From positions 1 through 57,370 of IMG/VR virus record IMGVR_UViG_3300017707_001066: 57,370 nucleotides of DNA. One strand, 5' to 3'. This DNA comes from a virus. Taxonomy: Duplodnaviria; Caudoviricetes. Both the position numbers and the translations under genes were made by a program. The notes below the pieces were generated by a model. The model was given only the letters and a program-made list of their open reading frames with translations. It was not told where the DNA came from and made no database searches. Each line of letters opens with the position of its first letter. Position 1 is the stretch's first letter. Below are positions 55,074 to 57,370 of the stretch, piece after piece.

Positions 55074-55580
55074 TTAGGGTTTTGCAGTTTTTGGTGCTTT
55101 GCTAATACCACCTGTTTTACCGGTAGCTTTTTTAGTTGCTGACTTAGGTTCAGTAGATTTAGTAGGTCTACCTTTAGAAACTTTAGCTACTGAAACAGAA
55201 GCATTTGGGTTTACCATTCCTCCTGTTTTATAACCAACTGCTTTTTTAACACCTTTGGCAGCTTTATATTCTGGTGAACTTTCAATTGATTTTCTAATGT
55301 TTTTGCTTTTTGGAACTACAGTTTTTACACCTTTAACAAAATCTTCTTTAGTTCTTTTAGATGGAACTACAGTTTTTACACCTTTAACAAAATCTTCTTT
55401 AGTTCTTTTAGATGGTAATACTGTTTTCATACCATCAACAATTGGTTTAAATGAATCTTTAATACCTTGTTTAAATTGATTAAATGCCGAAGATCCTTGT
55501 TTCTTAGGTTTATTAGTAACCTTTACTGCTTTAGTAGTTTGCACTTTAGGTTTTACGGGGTCATTTTTTATATTTGCCAT
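55074..55580 (-). CDS. Lys-rich protein (168 aa) with a 17-aa tandem duplication
   Basis: PSKRTKEDFVKGVKTVV x2 and a YKTGG motif. Confidence 0.7.
   Translation of the reverse strand: MANIKNDPVKPKVQTTKAVKVTNKPKKQGSSAFNQFKQGIKDSFKPIVDGMKTVLPSKRTKEDFVKGVKTVVPSKRTKEDFVKGVKTVVPKSKNIRKSIESSPEYKAAKGVKKAVGYKTGGMVNPNASVSVAKVSKGRPTKSTEPKSATKKATGKTGGISKAPKTAKP
55311..55412. repeat. Perfect 51-bp tandem duplication (2 copies)
   Basis: tggaactacagtttttacacctttaacaaaatcttctttagttcttttaga at 55311-55361 and 55362-55412. Confidence 0.95.
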
Positions 55581-55592
55581 TTTATTTTTAAA

Positions 55593-56609
55593 TTAAGAAT
55601 TCCAATACTTCTCACAGGCTTTGTTAAGATCTATTAGAACATCCTCATTAAGTGGGTTCTTCAAGTGCTCAATTACATCAGATACATTTCTTCCTAACAT
55701 TGCACCGGACTTAACATGATAGATATAACCATCAGCCTTATTAATAATATACTTAAAAAATACGGAATCTCTAACAATTGATTTAATTTTTAGTGTTTCC
55801 ATATCCATTCCTACAGCTTCAAGGAAAGACTTAGCTGCTCTTTCCTTGTTGCTTTCAACTCCTTCACCGTTAATGTACAAGTCCATGTTCTCATACATAA
55901 CATCATTAGGTGTTGCTTTTCTATATTGTGTACTGTTACCATCTACTACTTTAGCTACATAGAATAGTTTAGTACTGTTTTTGTCAAATAATTTCTGAAG
56001 TTCAGAAAGTGCTTTGTTACGCATTTTCTTGTATTCAGTTCTTGCAATAACTGTCTGCTCTTGTTTGTCTAAGTAAAACTTAGGTGGAACAGCTCTTGAT
56101 CTTGCATCATCAAAACTTTTTGATACAATAGAAAAACCACCTGCTTCAATAGCATATAGTTTAATTCTATCATACGGATCTACAGGATCTAAGAATAATG
56201 GTTCATTACCACATGATATAGTAATTCTATTCCAGAATTCTTTATTATCAGGCTTAAGTAATTTTACTTTATTCCAGAACTGAACATCCTCAATATCTAA
56301 AACATTAGCTGCTAACTCTGTCTCAAGTTCAGCAACAGCTGTTCTAATTTCTTTTATTCTTGCTTCTTTATCTTCTCCTTTAAGAAGTTTAATTTCTGGA
56401 GCAAATTCATTTAGACCAGTAAGGTATCTTACTACTCCGTTTTGCTCAAGACAAGCAAGTTGTTCAAAGTGCTTAACTCCATCATATAGAGATAAGCCAT
56501 AATTTTCTAGTCCCATATTAGAGACTGCATTGTCAAAGAACGGTCTTACAGCAATTGCTGTTTTCTTTACGGTACCATGACCGGTTTCTACCATTGTGAA
56601 ATTTTCCAT
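55593..56609 (-). CDS. Conserved protein downstream of the major capsid gene (crAss-like gene 75 type), 338 aa
   Basis: Position directly after the MCP, with FW...I......L.LD..DP.D.IK and FYL motifs. Confidence 0.55.
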   Translation of the reverse strand: MENFTMVETGHGTVKKTAIAVRPFFDNAVSNMGLENYGLSLYDGVKHFEQLACLEQNGVVRYLTGLNEFAPEIKLLKGEDKEARIKEIRTAVAELETELAANVLDIEDVQFWNKVKLLKPDNKEFWNRITISCGNEPLFLDPVDPYDRIKLYAIEAGGFSIVSKSFDDARSRAVPPKFYLDKQEQTVIARTEYKKMRNKALSELQKLFDKNSTKLFYVAKVVDGNSTQYRKATPNDVMYENMDLYINGEGVESNKERAAKSFLEAVGMDMETLKIKSIVRDSVFFKYIINKADGYIYHVKSGAMLGRNVSDVIEHLKNPLNEDVLIDLNKACEKYWNS

Positions 56610-56643
56610 GTTTTGTTGGTTTTATTATTTGTTGGTTAAATAT

Positions 56644-56671
56644 AAAAAAGGGAGGAGTTTCCCCCTCCCTT
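56644..56671 (-). terminator. Rho-independent terminator after the major capsid gene
   Basis: On the minus strand: aagggagggg-gaaa-ctcctccctt followed by tttt. Confidence 0.8.
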
Positions 56672-56685
56672 AGTTTTAGTTTAGA

Positions 56686-57370
56686 TTAGAATGATCCACC
56701 AGTTACTGGGTTTCTCATAACAATTTTTAACACTTTAGTTGGGTCTTTAACCCAGATAGCTGGCATTGTTTGGCTCATCATTACACGGTAACCATTGAAC
56801 TGACCAGAAGACTGGAAGCCTTGTGTACGGCCCATATAGTCCATAGTACCATTTTGATACCACCACTTCAATTGGTTGTCCCAAGACAATTTCAACAAGA
56901 AGATGTTGTCATTAGTATTGTCAGTGATGTCAAAGATAATGAATGAGTAAGAAGATAATGGGAAACCGTCAATGATTGGGTTCTCAATATCATTTGTATG
57001 AACGTTGTCAAATGCTGGGTTAAGAACAAACTTAACATTTGCCAAGAATGGGATTACATATGAAGTATATGCAAAACCAAAGTTTAAGTCCATACCTTTA
57101 CCAGTGATTGCACCGATGTCAGCAGCCTGGATAAGAAGACCTGAAGAGATAGCCTCTTGTTTGATAGCCTCATTAACCATTCTCATACCACCCATACCAG
57201 TTTGTACAATCAAGCTACGTTTTGGATCTGGACCTTGGAACTCAACTTTACCATTGAAGAAGTTGTAGATCTCAGAACGGAACAAGTCAAGTGTGAAGTT
57301 ATTTTTGTTGTATACTCTTTTGAATGAGTTATCCAACTGCTTCCAAAGACCCACAGACAATCTAACATCA
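56686..57370 (-). CDS. Major capsid protein, C-terminal part (runs off the window)
   Basis: Frame is open to the window end. GLWKQL, QTGMGG, FGFAYTSY.IP, FVLNPAFD and IWVKDPTK motifs resemble crAss-like MCPs. C-ending codons typical of highly expressed genes, followed by a strong terminator. Confidence 0.8.
   Translation of the reverse strand, partial: DVRLSVGLWKQLDNSFKRVYNKNNFTLDLFRSEIYNFFNGKVEFQGPDPKRSLIVQTGMGGMRMVNEAIKQEAISSGLLIQAADIGAITGKGMDLNFGFAYTSYVIPFLANVKFVLNPAFDNVHTNDIENPIIDGFPLSSYSFIIFDITDNTNDNIFLLKLSWDNQLKWWYQNGTMDYMGRTQGFQSSGQFNGYRVMMSQTMPAIWVKDPTKVLKIVMRNPVTGGSF

Noticed and set aside
32378-55412. Tandem repeats as a possible CRISPR array or DGR template/variable repeat
   Set aside because: The repeats are contiguous, in-frame and lack spacers. 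No cas or reverse transcriptase gene and no adenine-specific repeat pair was seen.
5226-57268. Numerous + strand ORFs of 60-200 aa in the track (e.g. 10449-10865, 18566-19006, 35724-36239, 53233-53835) and short out-of-frame minus-strand ORFs
   Set aside because: They are antisense or frame shadows of long real genes, with Ser/Leu/Phe-rich composition and no motifs.
2148-57370. Stop-codon reassignment (TAG or TGA), as known in some crAss-like phages
   Set aside because: Very long ORFs are intact under the standard code, genes tile without gaps, and TAG ends genes at sensible junctions (5537, 28730).

Overview
AT-rich segment of a large lytic dsDNA phage of the crAss-like (Crassvirales-type / phi14:2-like) lineage, probably infecting a Bacteroidota host (inferred from gene content, A-rich leaders lacking Shine-Dalgarno sites, and promoter-like motifs). 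It uses the standard genetic code. The first ~2.1 kb (+ strand) is the end of an early/metabolic block: DUF932-like protein, MazG-like pyrophosphatase, hotdog thioesterase and a small Zn-finger protein. It meets, at a bidirectional terminator, a ~55 kb minus-strand virion module. In transcription order that module holds the major capsid protein (partial), a cluster of small Lys-rich proteins, ring/tail proteins, Dps-like and HU/IHF-like proteins, Cys-rich fibre-like proteins, the tail stabilisation (muzzle) protein, three low-complexity proteins (one with a lysozyme domain), a GIY-YIG homing endonuclease, and four large probable ejection proteins. One of these is a 4211-aa virion RNA polymerase (DFDAD) fused to zincin, SLOG-like and AlkB-like domains. 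The most notable observations are: (1) about 30 copies of an [FYMA]-x-x-G-G motif across seven proteins, suggesting a processing or targeting code; (2) head-to-tail terminal cysteines on otherwise almost Cys-free giant proteins; (3) a homing endonuclease whose MATYLQ N-terminus is duplicated with full synonymous recoding in the next gene; (4) a recurring bipartite late-promoter-like motif. All family assignments come from reading motifs by eye, not from database searches.
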